This document shows, in pieces, positions 10,193 to 19,478 of a stretch of 64,000 nt of DNA. Every line of letters starts with the position of its first letter. Within the stretch, counting starts at the first letter, position 1. A program made the position numbers and the translations under genes. This stretch comes from an uncultured Solobacterium sp. GTDB lineage: Bacteria > Bacillota_I > Bacilli_A > Erysipelotrichales > Erysipelotrichaceae. The notes beneath the pieces were generated by a model, which saw only the letters and a program-made list of their open reading frames with translations, was not told where the DNA came from and did no database searches. The DNA lies in contig CAJOLG010000001.1 in NCBI GenBank assembly GCA_905235315.1, positions 4,944-68,943 on the forward strand, given 5' to 3'.

Positions 10193-11233
10193 TTAATTAT
10201 TCTGTGCCTGCAGACGCTTCTTTTCAATAAATCCCGTGATTTTTCCTGCAATGGAATGAACCAGGGCGCCTGCCAGTATCGTCATTGCCAGGATGATCAG
10301 GCTGTACACCCAGCCGCGGTATTCAAACGGAAGCCGCGCAAGCGGGGTTTCCCGGAAGAACCGAAGCAGCAATTCAAAAATCAGATAAACTTCCAGCGAG
10401 ATCGTACCAATCCCGGAAAGAAACTGTACCGGTGCCGTGAAACTGCGTTCTGTCAGGAACGCCGTAAGTCCGGCCGCAAGAAACAGCAGCGGAACTTCAA
10501 ACAGAAGCACGGAATACCACCGCAGAACCCAGTCCAGGGTGCTGTATGCGGCTGCAGCCCCGCTCTGGCAGAGAATCATAAGAACCGTTCCCAAAAGAAA
10601 TCCGGCTGCCATCCCTATTCCTTCCTTTGCGGTAACAGGCTTTTTTTCATACACCCGCTGCGCAGTGCAGAGTCCCAGCAGGAAGGAAGGTGTCCGGACA
10701 AAGAACAGGTTCTGCGGGGTTCCCCGCATCAGAAAACCCGAAATCAGCGAAGCGGCCCAAAACAATGTAAACCACACCCGTCTGTGCCTGGAATCCAGGG
10801 CAGCGAGGAGCAGCGGGCTCAGAAGATAAAGCACCGTGATTCCGGAGATAAACCACATGGACAGATCATTCCGCAGCCAGAATGACAGCGTCGAGGCAAG
10901 CAGCACGGCATAGCGCTTTCCGGTCTGTTCCATGAAGCAGCGGATGATCACGATTATGAGATATGCAGGAAAGATCCGCAGGAAGCGGCGTCTGTAGAAG
11001 GCGGCGATTCCGTCATGATTCCGCTTCCATGAAAAATACAGACCGACAGCCGAGAGATACAGGAAGCAGTCCACCCCGCAGTAACCGGTCGCTTTCAGAT
11101 ACGCTGCAGGAGGCCACGAAAACCAGATCGTGCTGTGCAGTAAAACGATCCAGAGCGTTGCTCCTCCCAGCAATACCCCGCGGTATCTGCTGAGAATCCC
11201 CCAGTTTCGGATATCTGACGTTCGGCGTGTCAC
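10193..11233 (-). CDS. Acyltransferase-3 (OafA-like) membrane O-acyltransferase
   Basis: YRGVLLGGATLWIVLLH, GVDCFLYLSAVGL, FYRRRFLRIFPAY, MWFI..YLLSP and IGTISLEVYL motifs. GGAG SD 7 nt before GTG at 11233. Confidence 0.85.
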   Translation of the reverse strand: MTRRTSDIRNWGILSRYRGVLLGGATLWIVLLHSTIWFSWPPAAYLKATGYCGVDCFLYLSAVGLYFSWKRNHDGIAAFYRRRFLRIFPAYLIIVIIRCFMEQTGKRYAVLLASTLSFWLRNDLSMWFISGITVLYLLSPLLLAALDSRHRRVWFTLFWAASLISGFLMRGTPQNLFFVRTPSFLLGLCTAQRVYEKKPVTAKEGIGMAAGFLLGTVLMILCQSGAAAAYSTLDWVLRWYSVLLFEVPLLFLAAGLTAFLTERSFTAPVQFLSGIGTISLEVYLIFELLLRFFRETPLARLPFEYRGWVYSLIILAMTILAGALVHSIAGKITGFIEKKRLQAQNN

Positions 11234-11391
11234 AGGTCTTCTCCGTTTGAGAACAGACGCAGCCATTTGATGGAACCCCGCAGGCAGCTGAACCCGTTCT
11301 GCGCACACTCGGAAAGAGGCCGCTCTGCACTGCCTTCATACTGATTCACAGCGGCTGCACCGCCCCGTAAAAACCGATCTCTGAATCTCAT
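11230..11391 (-). pseudogene. 53-aa internally deleted remnant of a GH1 6-phospho-beta-glucosidase
   Basis: MRFRDRFLRGGAAAVNQYEG...AQNGFSCLRGSIKWLRLFSNGEDL matches the GH1 segments F..DFLWGGA.AANQ.EG and AEMGFKC.R.SI.W.RIFP.GD. AAGGAGG SD upstream. Too short for the ORF track. Confidence 0.65.
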
Positions 11392-11487
11392 ACCGCCATG
11401 TGCCTCCTTCCGTCAAATTCATCCTAGCATGGAACCTGCCCGCATATAAAAACAGTTGTCGGAAAAGACAACTGTCTTTGGGCCGGA

Positions 11488-11997
11488 TTACTCACCAAGC
11501 AGGACTGAAAGATAATCCCGCATGTATTCCGGGAGAGTCGCAGGCGACTGCGCGGATATGATATTGCCGTCAATCACCGATTTTTCATTGACCCATACTG
11601 CGCCGGCATTTGTCATGTCATCCCGGATACCGACGGTACTGGTGACGGTCTTCCCGTTCAGAATACCGGCAGAGATCAGCACCCACCCGGCATGACAGAT
11701 CTGGCCGATCGGTTTCCGGTCTGCGTTCATCTGCCGCACGATATCCAGCACCGCCGGATAGCGTCTCAGTTTGTCCGGTGCCCAGCCGCCCGGAACGAGA
11801 ATTCCGTCATAATCGGCTGCGCTCACCTCATCAAAGGTCATGTTCACCTCACAGGGAACGCCGTATTTTCCGTGATACAGTCCTTTCCTCGGTCCGACGA
11901 TATCTACCGTGCATCCGGCCTCACGAAGCCGGTAGACCGGGTACCAGAGCTCAAGATCTTCAAAACTTTCCTCCACAAGCGCAATAATCCGTTTCAT
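11488..11997 (-). CDS. PfpI/YhbO-type class I glutamine amidotransferase-like protein
   Basis: FEDLEL, LVPGGWAPDKLR and ICHAG motifs; AGGAGG SD before MKRIIAL. Confidence 0.9.
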   Translation of the reverse strand: MKRIIALVEESFEDLELWYPVYRLREAGCTVDIVGPRKGLYHGKYGVPCEVNMTFDEVSAADYDGILVPGGWAPDKLRRYPAVLDIVRQMNADRKPIGQICHAGWVLISAGILNGKTVTSTVGIRDDMTNAGAVWVNEKSVIDGNIISAQSPATLPEYMRDYLSVLLGE

Positions 11998-12207
11998 GTA
12001 ATCCTCCTTCTGATTATAGATTTCTTTCCAATTGATCCGTTCGATGCCGGAGTGCATTCCTTCGGCAGAACAGTGCGGTTCTTCTGCTTTTATTGTAACG
12101 ACGGACAGCGTATGCATACAAGTCCGATACCCGTGTGAAATCTCTGTCTTCAGGAAATAAACAATTTCGGTTATGATTTTTGAAAAGAACAAGGAGAATT
12201 TACCGTC

Positions 12208-12750
12208 ATGAGCCATAATCCCCAGGTACTTGACGCGCTCAACCGCGCTATAGATGCCCTCAATGAACTGAAAACCCTGCTGGAAGCAGAAGAAGCGGAA
12301 CCTGCCGCTCCGGAAGCGGCGAAGCCCGCGGTGCAGGAACCGGAACCCGAACCGGAACAGATTGTCCTGATTCCGCCGGAAAAACCGGAACCTGCGCCGG
12401 AATTGAAGGAACCGATTGAACTGGCTGAACCTGAAAAAACAGCAGTGCCTCAGGCAGAGCCGATCCTGCTGGAACACCCCGAATCTGCGGCGGCGGAAGT
12501 AAAGCGCCCGATTGAACTGGAACTTCCCGAACGCGAAGAGCCGGCGAAACAGCCGGATCCGGCACCTGCGGATCGGATCCTGATCTGTCCCCGCTGCGGA
12601 AAGAAGATCGACCACGGATTCAAATTCTGCATGTACTGCGGTGAAAGTCTTCAGACAGCCGCTGCGCCGCTGACCTGCAGCGCCTGCGGGAAGCAGCTGC
12701 GGCCGGGCAACCGCTTCTGCGTATACTGCGGCACGCCGGTACAGCAGTAG
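12208..12750 (+). CDS. Double zinc-ribbon protein with Glu/Pro/Ala-rich linker
   Basis: AAGGAG SD; CPRCG, CMYCG, CSACG and CVYCG knuckles; EP-rich middle region. Confidence 0.8.
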   Translation: MSHNPQVLDALNRAIDALNELKTLLEAEEAEPAAPEAAKPAVQEPEPEPEQIVLIPPEKPEPAPELKEPIELAEPEKTAVPQAEPILLEHPESAAAEVKRPIELELPEREEPAKQPDPAPADRILICPRCGKKIDHGFKFCMYCGESLQTAAAPLTCSACGKQLRPGNRFCVYCGTPVQQ

Positions 12751-12815
12751 AACACATTTGAAAAAAACTGCATTCCCAAAGCCAACAGAGACAAGGGATG
12801 CAGTTCTTTTTTATT

Positions 12816-13961
12816 TCAGTAATTCCATGGATTTGCCGGATCCGGATCAGTCGGATCCCAGCCGCGGTTCTCGCTCTCCGGGTCGATATATGACGGTTCC
12901 GGTTTTCCGAGCGGGCCGGGATTACCGGGGTCATCATAGATTTCCACTTCGGTTCCGATCGGACAGTTGTTGAAAATCCATAGTGCATCGCTTACGGCGA
13001 GCCGGATACAGCCGAGAGAAGCTTTCGTGCCGAGCTTGTTGTATTCAAGGTATTCGACATCCCCTTTGTTCATGGAATAATACGGCACTGAATGAAACAG
13101 GATATCGCCCACGATATCGGTTGCGTACTGACCGTACACCCCGCCGAACAGGGCACGCCAGGTACTGCGGTTGAAGGTATGAAAAACGCCCACCGGTGTC
13201 GCAGCGCCGGTTGAACACACCATCGCCTTCAGCGGAATCGTGTAATTGCCGTCCGCATCTCTCGAATACACCGTAACCGTGTTCAGTTCCCGGTTGACGC
13301 GGATGCGGTACGGGTTTTCGTTTTCCGGAACCTTGTTTACAACCAGACGGAATTCTGTTTCTGCCCGGTGGCCGTCAAGATCCAGCGCCGTTACGGTAAC
13401 CGTATATTCGCCCGGCGTATCAAGATCCGCATCGGTCGCAATGCAGTAAGTGCCCGCGGTCTCTGTCTCACTGCGGGTGAGGTCCCCGTCTTTCCCGTCG
13501 GTTACGGACACGACATTGGAGGCAATCTCTGCGGGATCCGCCCCTGCCTGCAGTTCCATCACCTCTTCGTTCAGTACAATCTCCGGCACCGTATTGTCCC
13601 GTACTTCCACTGTGACCGGAAACGAGCGGGATACGGTTTCGCCCCAGGAAGTCGTTCGGCTCAGTGTCAGGATCAGCGGATAACTTCCGACCGTTCCGGT
13701 ATCCACATTCCCTTCTGCCGTCAGTTCCCCGCCGGAATAGCGGACTGCAGTGCGGATATCAAAGTCGGTTCCGCAGTCGATCTTCAGCGAAGCTTCCTGT
13801 GCCTCCAGCGTCATCGCATCATAGATTTCCTGCTTTTCCGTTTCCTGCAGGCGGTTCCGATATGTCTCACGCACCATGAAACCCGCTGCCGCAAGCACCG
13901 CAAGTGCGGCCGCTCCCAGCAGGATCTTAACCGGTGTTCGCATTCTTCTTCGCTTTGTCAT
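12816..13961 (-). CDS. L,D-transpeptidase (YkuD) with N-terminal TM and two Ig-like (DUF5011/HYR-like) repeats
   Basis: ILFHSVPY...KASLGCIRL catalytic His/Cys motif; YRIRVNRELNTVTVY; N-terminal basic segment plus TM. Confidence 0.9.
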   Translation of the reverse strand: MTKRRRMRTPVKILLGAAALAVLAAAGFMVRETYRNRLQETEKQEIYDAMTLEAQEASLKIDCGTDFDIRTAVRYSGGELTAEGNVDTGTVGSYPLILTLSRTTSWGETVSRSFPVTVEVRDNTVPEIVLNEEVMELQAGADPAEIASNVVSVTDGKDGDLTRSETETAGTYCIATDADLDTPGEYTVTVTALDLDGHRAETEFRLVVNKVPENENPYRIRVNRELNTVTVYSRDADGNYTIPLKAMVCSTGAATPVGVFHTFNRSTWRALFGGVYGQYATDIVGDILFHSVPYYSMNKGDVEYLEYNKLGTKASLGCIRLAVSDALWIFNNCPIGTEVEIYDDPGNPGPLGKPEPSYIDPESENRGWDPTDPDPANPWNY

Positions 13962-14853
13962 CCTGTCTTTCCTCACGGTTCATATCCGGCAGCTTCCGCC
14001 GGATCGTATTCAGTACTTTCTTTTTGTTTCGGACCCAGTCCGGTGCGATCAGCAGTTCTCCCGGCCCGTCTCCCGTCATGCGGTGAATCACCGTCTTTGC
14101 CGGAAGAATGCGGATGAATTCCGCAGCGATATCCGTATACTCCTCCAGTGAAAGCAGCGGAAACGGATGTTCTGCATACTCTTCCGCCATTTTTGTGCCC
14201 TTCAGAATATTGAGCATCTGGATCTTGATTCCATCAATGCCGGGGTTCATCGCCGCAAGATACCGTGCGGTTTCCAGCATGTCCTCCCGGCTCTCTCCCG
14301 GCAGGGACAGAATCACATGGACAATTACGGTGATTCCTGCGTCCTTCAGCTTCCGCACTGCTTCTTCAAATACCGGCAGTGAATATCCGCGGGCGATCCG
14401 CCGTGCGGTGCGTTCATGCATGGTCTGAAGACCGAGCTCCACCCAGACCGGTTTGATTCGGTTCAGATCCGTCAACAGCTCCATCACCTCATCCCCGAGA
14501 CAGTCCGGTCTTGTGCCGATGGAAACAACCGCAATATCCGGCCGGTTCACCGCTTCCGTATACAGCTTTCGCAGGCGGACAGGATCCCCATAGGTATTCG
14601 TGAATGACTGGAAGTAGGCGATGTACCGGTCAGATCCGGGTTTTGCGGCAACGCGTTTCTTCGCGGAACGGATCTGCGCATCGAGGTTTCCCGGCGGGGA
14701 CGCAAACTCTCCGGAGCCGCCCTGGGAACAGAACGTGCAGCCTCCGAAGGCAAGCGTACCGTCCCGGTTCGGACATGTGCATCCCGAACTCAGCGACAGC
14801 TTGCGGAGTTTGTGGCCGTATTCCGTCTTCAGATAGTCAGAAAGCATCCTCAT
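13927..14853 (-). CDS. TIGR01212 (YhcC-like) radical SAM protein
   Basis: CPNRDGT...GGCTFC, YFQSFTNTY, GTRPDC, ELGLQT and HRMTGD motifs. Confidence 0.9.
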   Translation of the reverse strand: MRMLSDYLKTEYGHKLRKLSLSSGCTCPNRDGTLAFGGCTFCSQGGSGEFASPPGNLDAQIRSAKKRVAAKPGSDRYIAYFQSFTNTYGDPVRLRKLYTEAVNRPDIAVVSIGTRPDCLGDEVMELLTDLNRIKPVWVELGLQTMHERTARRIARGYSLPVFEEAVRKLKDAGITVIVHVILSLPGESREDMLETARYLAAMNPGIDGIKIQMLNILKGTKMAEEYAEHPFPLLSLEEYTDIAAEFIRILPAKTVIHRMTGDGPGELLIAPDWVRNKKKVLNTIRRKLPDMNREERQDDKAKKNANTG

Positions 14854-14973
14854 ACTGCTTTCCATTATAGCCCGGCTGCACAACGCGCGGACCGTCTTAT
14901 CACTATGGACGCCAAACCCGGCAATTTGCATTTTTCGTCATTCATAACGGCAATTTATTGTAAAATTAGTCAC

Positions 14974-16683
14974 ATGAATACAAAAGGGAACGTGCGAAAG
15001 CATATCGATTATCCGCGTCTGACGATGTTTCAGATGATCCAGCGTATGGCGGAACAGTACCCGACTGCACCGGCATACGAGTTTTTCGGAAAGAAAACGT
15101 CCTACCGGCAGTTTGTCGCAAAAATTGAGCGTGCAGCACGCGCTTTTACATCCATGGGTATTCGGAGAGGTGACGCTGTCACCATCTGTATGCCGAATAC
15201 ACCGCAGGCACTCGACTGCTTCTATGCCCTGAACCGGATCGGCGCTATATGCAATATGGTTCATCCCCTCAGTGCACAGAAAGAAATTACGTTCTTCCTG
15301 GACTTCTCTGACAGCCGGATGATTCTTACGATGGACATGTTCTACGAAAAAATAGACGCCGCAATCCAGGAATGCGATCACCCGGTCACGATTCTCACCG
15401 CGCGTATGCAGGATGAGCTCGATCTGATCAAAGGGATCGGATATGCATTCACAGAGGGCCGGAAGTTCCGCAAATTCCCGAATACCGGTTACGGTATTAC
15501 GTGGACCTCGTTTGTGGCCAAAGGAGTCCCCAGCATCCGGCTTCCCGAGCCGGTCTATAATCCAAAGGCAACTGCTGCCATTCTGTACAGCGGCGGAACC
15601 AGCGGAACACCGAAAGGCATCTGCCTCTCCGATCAGAATTTCAACGCCACCGCACTGCAGGCTACCGAAGCGATGCAGCAGCCGATCGGGCCCGGCGATA
15701 CGATGCTGTCGTGCATGCCGGTATTCCACGGCTTTGGTCTTGGAATCAATATCCATACGATTCTGATCAACGGCGCAGAGTGCATCCTGATGCCGTCCTT
15801 CAACGGCAAATCCTACGCGGATATGCTGCTGAAAAAACACCCGAGTTTTATTGCCGGCGTTCCGACCATCTTCGAAGCGCTGCTCAATATCGAAGAACTG
15901 AAAGACGCGGATCTCTCCTTCCTGAAAGGAATGTTCTGCGGCGGAGATGCGCTCAGTGTGGAACTGAAGAAAAAAGTGGATACCTTTCTGCGTGAACATC
16001 ATGCGTCCATTCAGGTGCGCGAGGGCTACGGCCTTACCGAATGTGTAACGGCCAGCTGCCTGACGCCGCCCGATACCTACCGTGAGAATTCCATCGGCCT
16101 TCCCTTCCCGGATACGGAATACTGCATTGTCCGCCCCGGAACGGATGAAGAGCTTCCTCCGATGGAGGAAGGTGAAATCATTCTCCGCGGCCCGTCTGTC
16201 ATGATCGGCTATCTGAAGAATCCGGAAGAAACCGCGCAGACCCTGCGCAAGCTGCCGGACGGCAATATCTGGCTGTTTACCGGTGACCTCGGTTATATGG
16301 ATAAAGACGGCTATGTCTACTTCAAGCAGCGGATCAAGCGAATGATCATCACCAACGGATACAATGTCTATCCCGGACAGATCGAAAACATCATCGATTC
16401 CTGCCCGGAAGTCGCCTACAGCTGTGTCATCGGTGTCAAGGACCCGCGAAGAATGCAGAGAGTCCGGGCGTATGTCGTTTTGAACCAGGGCTATACCGGT
16501 GATGAGGAAATGAAGAAGAAGATCAACGATGTTCTCAGCATGCACGTCGCCGCATATGCCCTTCCGAAAGAAATCGAATTCCGCTCCGAACTTCCCAAGA
16601 CGCTGGTCGGAAAAGTTGCTTACCGCAAACTGGAAGAGGAAGCGAATGCCGAGGCCGAAAACAAGGAGGGTGCAGGCGTATGA
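14974..16683 (+). CDS. Long-chain acyl-CoA synthetase / AMP-binding enzyme
   Basis: YSGGTSGTPKG, EGYGLTE, TGDLG and PKTLVGK motifs. Confidence 0.9.
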   Translation: MNTKGNVRKHIDYPRLTMFQMIQRMAEQYPTAPAYEFFGKKTSYRQFVAKIERAARAFTSMGIRRGDAVTICMPNTPQALDCFYALNRIGAICNMVHPLSAQKEITFFLDFSDSRMILTMDMFYEKIDAAIQECDHPVTILTARMQDELDLIKGIGYAFTEGRKFRKFPNTGYGITWTSFVAKGVPSIRLPEPVYNPKATAAILYSGGTSGTPKGICLSDQNFNATALQATEAMQQPIGPGDTMLSCMPVFHGFGLGINIHTILINGAECILMPSFNGKSYADMLLKKHPSFIAGVPTIFEALLNIEELKDADLSFLKGMFCGGDALSVELKKKVDTFLREHHASIQVREGYGLTECVTASCLTPPDTYRENSIGLPFPDTEYCIVRPGTDEELPPMEEGEIILRGPSVMIGYLKNPEETAQTLRKLPDGNIWLFTGDLGYMDKDGYVYFKQRIKRMIITNGYNVYPGQIENIIDSCPEVAYSCVIGVKDPRRMQRVRAYVVLNQGYTGDEEMKKKINDVLSMHVAAYALPKEIEFRSELPKTLVGKVAYRKLEEEANAEAENKEGAGV

Positions 16684-17567
16684 GTGAACCGAGAAAACGC
16701 AGATGGGGAGACCGCCGCGACGGATACAAAGTAAAGGTCCCCGGTCTTCAGACCGTTATGGCAAGTCTTATGCCCAACCGTACCGACTGCGAATGCTATC
16801 TGAGGGAAGAGATCGATATTACAGATCTGCTGCCCTATCTGGAACAGAAAAACGCATCTCACCCGGAATACCGGACAACGCTGTTTCACTGCTTTGTCAT
16901 GGCACTCACCAAGATGTTCCGTGAGCGCAGCCGAATGAACCGCTTTGTGCAGGGCGGCACAATGTACGAGCGTTACGATGTTTCCGTAGCCTTTGTCGCA
17001 AAGCGCAGATTCTCCGAACAGGGCGAAGAGGCGCTGATGTTTCTGACACCGAATGCCACGGATACCCTGGATGATATTTCGAAAAAAATCATCGGTGATG
17101 TCAATGAGACCCGCAAAAGCGAGGTCGCGACCGGCGGTGTTGATGAGCTTCTTGACAAGTTTGCGGCGATGCCGAAACTTCTGATGATGTTTCTGGTATG
17201 GATCATCCGCTGTCTTGACTTCTGGGGCATCAACCCGAAGTTCCTTACCGACGGAGATCCGAACTACAGCAGTATCTTCATCAGCAACCTCGGCAGTATC
17301 AAATGCCCTTCCGTATATCATCATCTGAACAACTACGGCACCAACTCCTTCATGCTGACGATCGGCACAATGCATAAGGCAGAGGTTATCATGCCGGACG
17401 GCAGTAAGCAGATTCGTGATTTCGTCGATATCGGCGCCACCATTGATGAGCGTATCGGAGACGGATTCTACTTCGCCCGCAGCCTGAAACTGGTCAAGTA
17501 TATCTTCGCGCATCCCGAACTGCTGGATGAACCGCTGGAAACTCCCAGCAACTTCGATTACAGCTAA
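16680..17567 (+). CDS. Stand-alone 2-oxoacid dehydrogenase E2-like acyltransferase catalytic domain (no lipoyl domain)
   Basis: ISNLGSI and TIDERIGDG (canonical DHRxxDG); ATGA overlap with the ligase gene. Confidence 0.75.
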   Translation: MSEPRKRRWGDRRDGYKVKVPGLQTVMASLMPNRTDCECYLREEIDITDLLPYLEQKNASHPEYRTTLFHCFVMALTKMFRERSRMNRFVQGGTMYERYDVSVAFVAKRRFSEQGEEALMFLTPNATDTLDDISKKIIGDVNETRKSEVATGGVDELLDKFAAMPKLLMMFLVWIIRCLDFWGINPKFLTDGDPNYSSIFISNLGSIKCPSVYHHLNNYGTNSFMLTIGTMHKAEVIMPDGSKQIRDFVDIGATIDERIGDGFYFARSLKLVKYIFAHPELLDEPLETPSNFDYS

Positions 17568-17572
17568 GCAGA

Positions 17573-17637
17573 AAAAAAGAGAGCGACTGAACTGCTCCGC
17601 GAAAACGCAGACAAGTTCAGATTATCTCTTTTTTTAT
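17573..17637. terminator. Bidirectional terminator between convergent genes
   Basis: A7-gaga...ctgaact/agttcag...tctc-T7 long inverted repeat. Confidence 0.6.
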
Positions 17638-18215
17638 CTTCCGAGGAATATTCTGATTCCGATCACAATCAGGATCACGCCGCCGAATATGGACGCTTTT
17701 CCGGAGAGCGCGGTTCCGGCTTTCCGGCCGATCAGAAGTCCCGCAATACAGATGACAAACGTCACAACCGCAATAATCAGGGATGCGAAGAAGGCGCTCG
17801 CCGCATTATACTCCGCAATCGTAAAGCCGACAGAGAGCGCATCAATCGAAGTCGCAATTCCCTGCAGGATCAGATCTTTGCCCGATACCCTGCCGGAGGT
17901 TTCTTCCGATCCCGATGCAGCATGAAGTCCCTCGAGAATCATTTTTCCGCCGATATACCCCAGCAGGATCATCGCAATCCACGGAATCAGGGTGCGGAAC
18001 GCATTGAAGTACGTTACAACCGTGTGGACGCAGAACCAGCCGACCATCGGCATCAGAAACTGAAATCCCGCAAATGTCCCGGCAATCAGACACATCCGTT
18101 TCCGGCTCATGCGGGGGTCGTTCAGCCCGTTTGCCAGGGATACGGAAAACGCATCCATCGCAAGACCAACTCCCAGTAAAGCGGCATTTACAATAAAGCC
18201 CATCAGATTTTCCAT
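17634..18215 (-). CDS. mntP: Manganese efflux pump MntP
   Basis: GLAMDAFSVS and ATSIDALSVG DUF204 repeats; downstream of a Mn riboswitch. Confidence 0.92.
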   Translation of the reverse strand: MENLMGFIVNAALLGVGLAMDAFSVSLANGLNDPRMSRKRMCLIAGTFAGFQFLMPMVGWFCVHTVVTYFNAFRTLIPWIAMILLGYIGGKMILEGLHAASGSEETSGRVSGKDLILQGIATSIDALSVGFTIAEYNAASAFFASLIIAVVTFVICIAGLLIGRKAGTALSGKASIFGGVILIVIGIRIFLGR

Positions 18216-18284
18216 ACTCATCTCCATCAAAAAACCGGACTGCCATGCCCGATTATGACGATCTTCTCCGGCTCCGCATGGCAA

Positions 18285-18378
18285 AAACCCATGCGTGAGT
18301 CTCGCTATTTAAAGCAGACCAGGCGCTGTGCCAGTATGTTGATCTGCTGCCTGAGGCCAGCTACTCCCCCACGATGTA
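18285..18378 (-). promoter_or_regulatory. yybP-ykoY (Mn2+) riboswitch
   Basis: Minus strand GGGGAGTAGC...ATCAACATACT...TAGCGAGACT hallmark motifs, directly 5' of mntP. Confidence 0.9.
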
Positions 18379-18481
18379 GTCAGTTTCCCATCCGATATGG
18401 CGGTTAGTCAATCATAACCAAATCTTTTTCGTTTCCCTGCCGCAATTCGGTTTATCATAAAAGAAACGAAAGGGTTCTGTT

Positions 18482-19429
18482 ATGTTCAAAGAATATCGTT
18501 ATGACGGCTCCAAGCCGCTCCGTCTCAGTAAAGTGAAAACGGATGAGACCTCTCTCTGCAAGGAACGTGAAGAGGCAGAAGCCAAGCTTGCCAAAAACAA
18601 CAAAAAAATTGATTCCCTTCAGCAGAAGCTGTACGCCGAGAAAAAAGAGGGCGTGATCTTCCTGTTCCAGGCAATGGACGCTGCGGGAAAAGACGGCACC
18701 ATCCGTGCTGTGCTCCAGTGCCTCAGCCCGCACGGTGTTTATGAAGCCGCATTCAAGTCACCGACCTCCGATGAACTCGCACATGACTATCTCTGGCGGA
18801 TTGCCATGATGGTCCCTGCCAAAGGTGAAATTGCGATTTTCAACCGCAGTCAGTATGAAGATGTTCTGATCGGAAAAGTCCGCGAACTGTATAAGACACA
18901 GACGCATGCCGACCGCATCAATCCGGATCATGTGATTGAAAACCGGTATGAGGAAATCCGGAATTTTGAAAATTACCTGTACAACAACAGTGTCCGGACC
19001 GTAAAGATCTTCCTGAACGTTTCAAAGGATGAACAGGCCCGCCGCTTCCTTTCCCGGATCCAGGAGCCGGAAAAAAACTGGAAGTTCTCGGAAGCCGACT
19101 GGAATGAGCGGAAATACTGGGATGCCTACCAGACCGCGTTTGAAGATGCGATCAACGCCACCTCCACCAAAAACTGCCCGTGGTACGTTGTGCCGGCCGA
19201 TCATAAATGGTACATGCGCTATGTTGTCAGCGAAATCATCCTGTCGACGCTGAAGGATATGGATCCTCATTATCCGGCAGTCACGGAAGACCGCCTTGCG
19301 GCATTCAAAACCCTGGAGGATGAAATCCTTCAGGAACTTCCTCCCCAGAATGTAAAAGCAAGCACGATTCCGGTTTATTCCGAAGAGCCGAAGAAAAAGA
19401 AGAAGAAAAAAGAAAAGAAGGGAAAATAA
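18482..19429 (+). CDS. ppk2: Polyphosphate kinase 2 family, class III-like (polyP:nucleotide phosphotransferase)
   Basis: FQAMDAAGKDG, FNRSQYE and VPADHKWY motifs; Lys-rich tail. Confidence 0.9.
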   Translation: MFKEYRYDGSKPLRLSKVKTDETSLCKEREEAEAKLAKNNKKIDSLQQKLYAEKKEGVIFLFQAMDAAGKDGTIRAVLQCLSPHGVYEAAFKSPTSDELAHDYLWRIAMMVPAKGEIAIFNRSQYEDVLIGKVRELYKTQTHADRINPDHVIENRYEEIRNFENYLYNNSVRTVKIFLNVSKDEQARRFLSRIQEPEKNWKFSEADWNERKYWDAYQTAFEDAINATSTKNCPWYVVPADHKWYMRYVVSEIILSTLKDMDPHYPAVTEDRLAAFKTLEDEILQELPPQNVKASTIPVYSEEPKKKKKKKEKKGK

Positions 19430-19478
19430 TCCTTCCCTTCCGTCAAAGGGCTGTGCAGCGCACACCCCTTTTTCTTTC

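Noticed and set aside
12290-12570. GAACCG-type short repeats
   Set aside because: Explained by the Glu-Pro-rich protein linker; not a CRISPR array or DNA repeat element
11998-12615. 375-aa version of the PfpI ORF
   Set aside because: The extension is antisense to the zinc-ribbon gene; a strong SD marks the start at 11997
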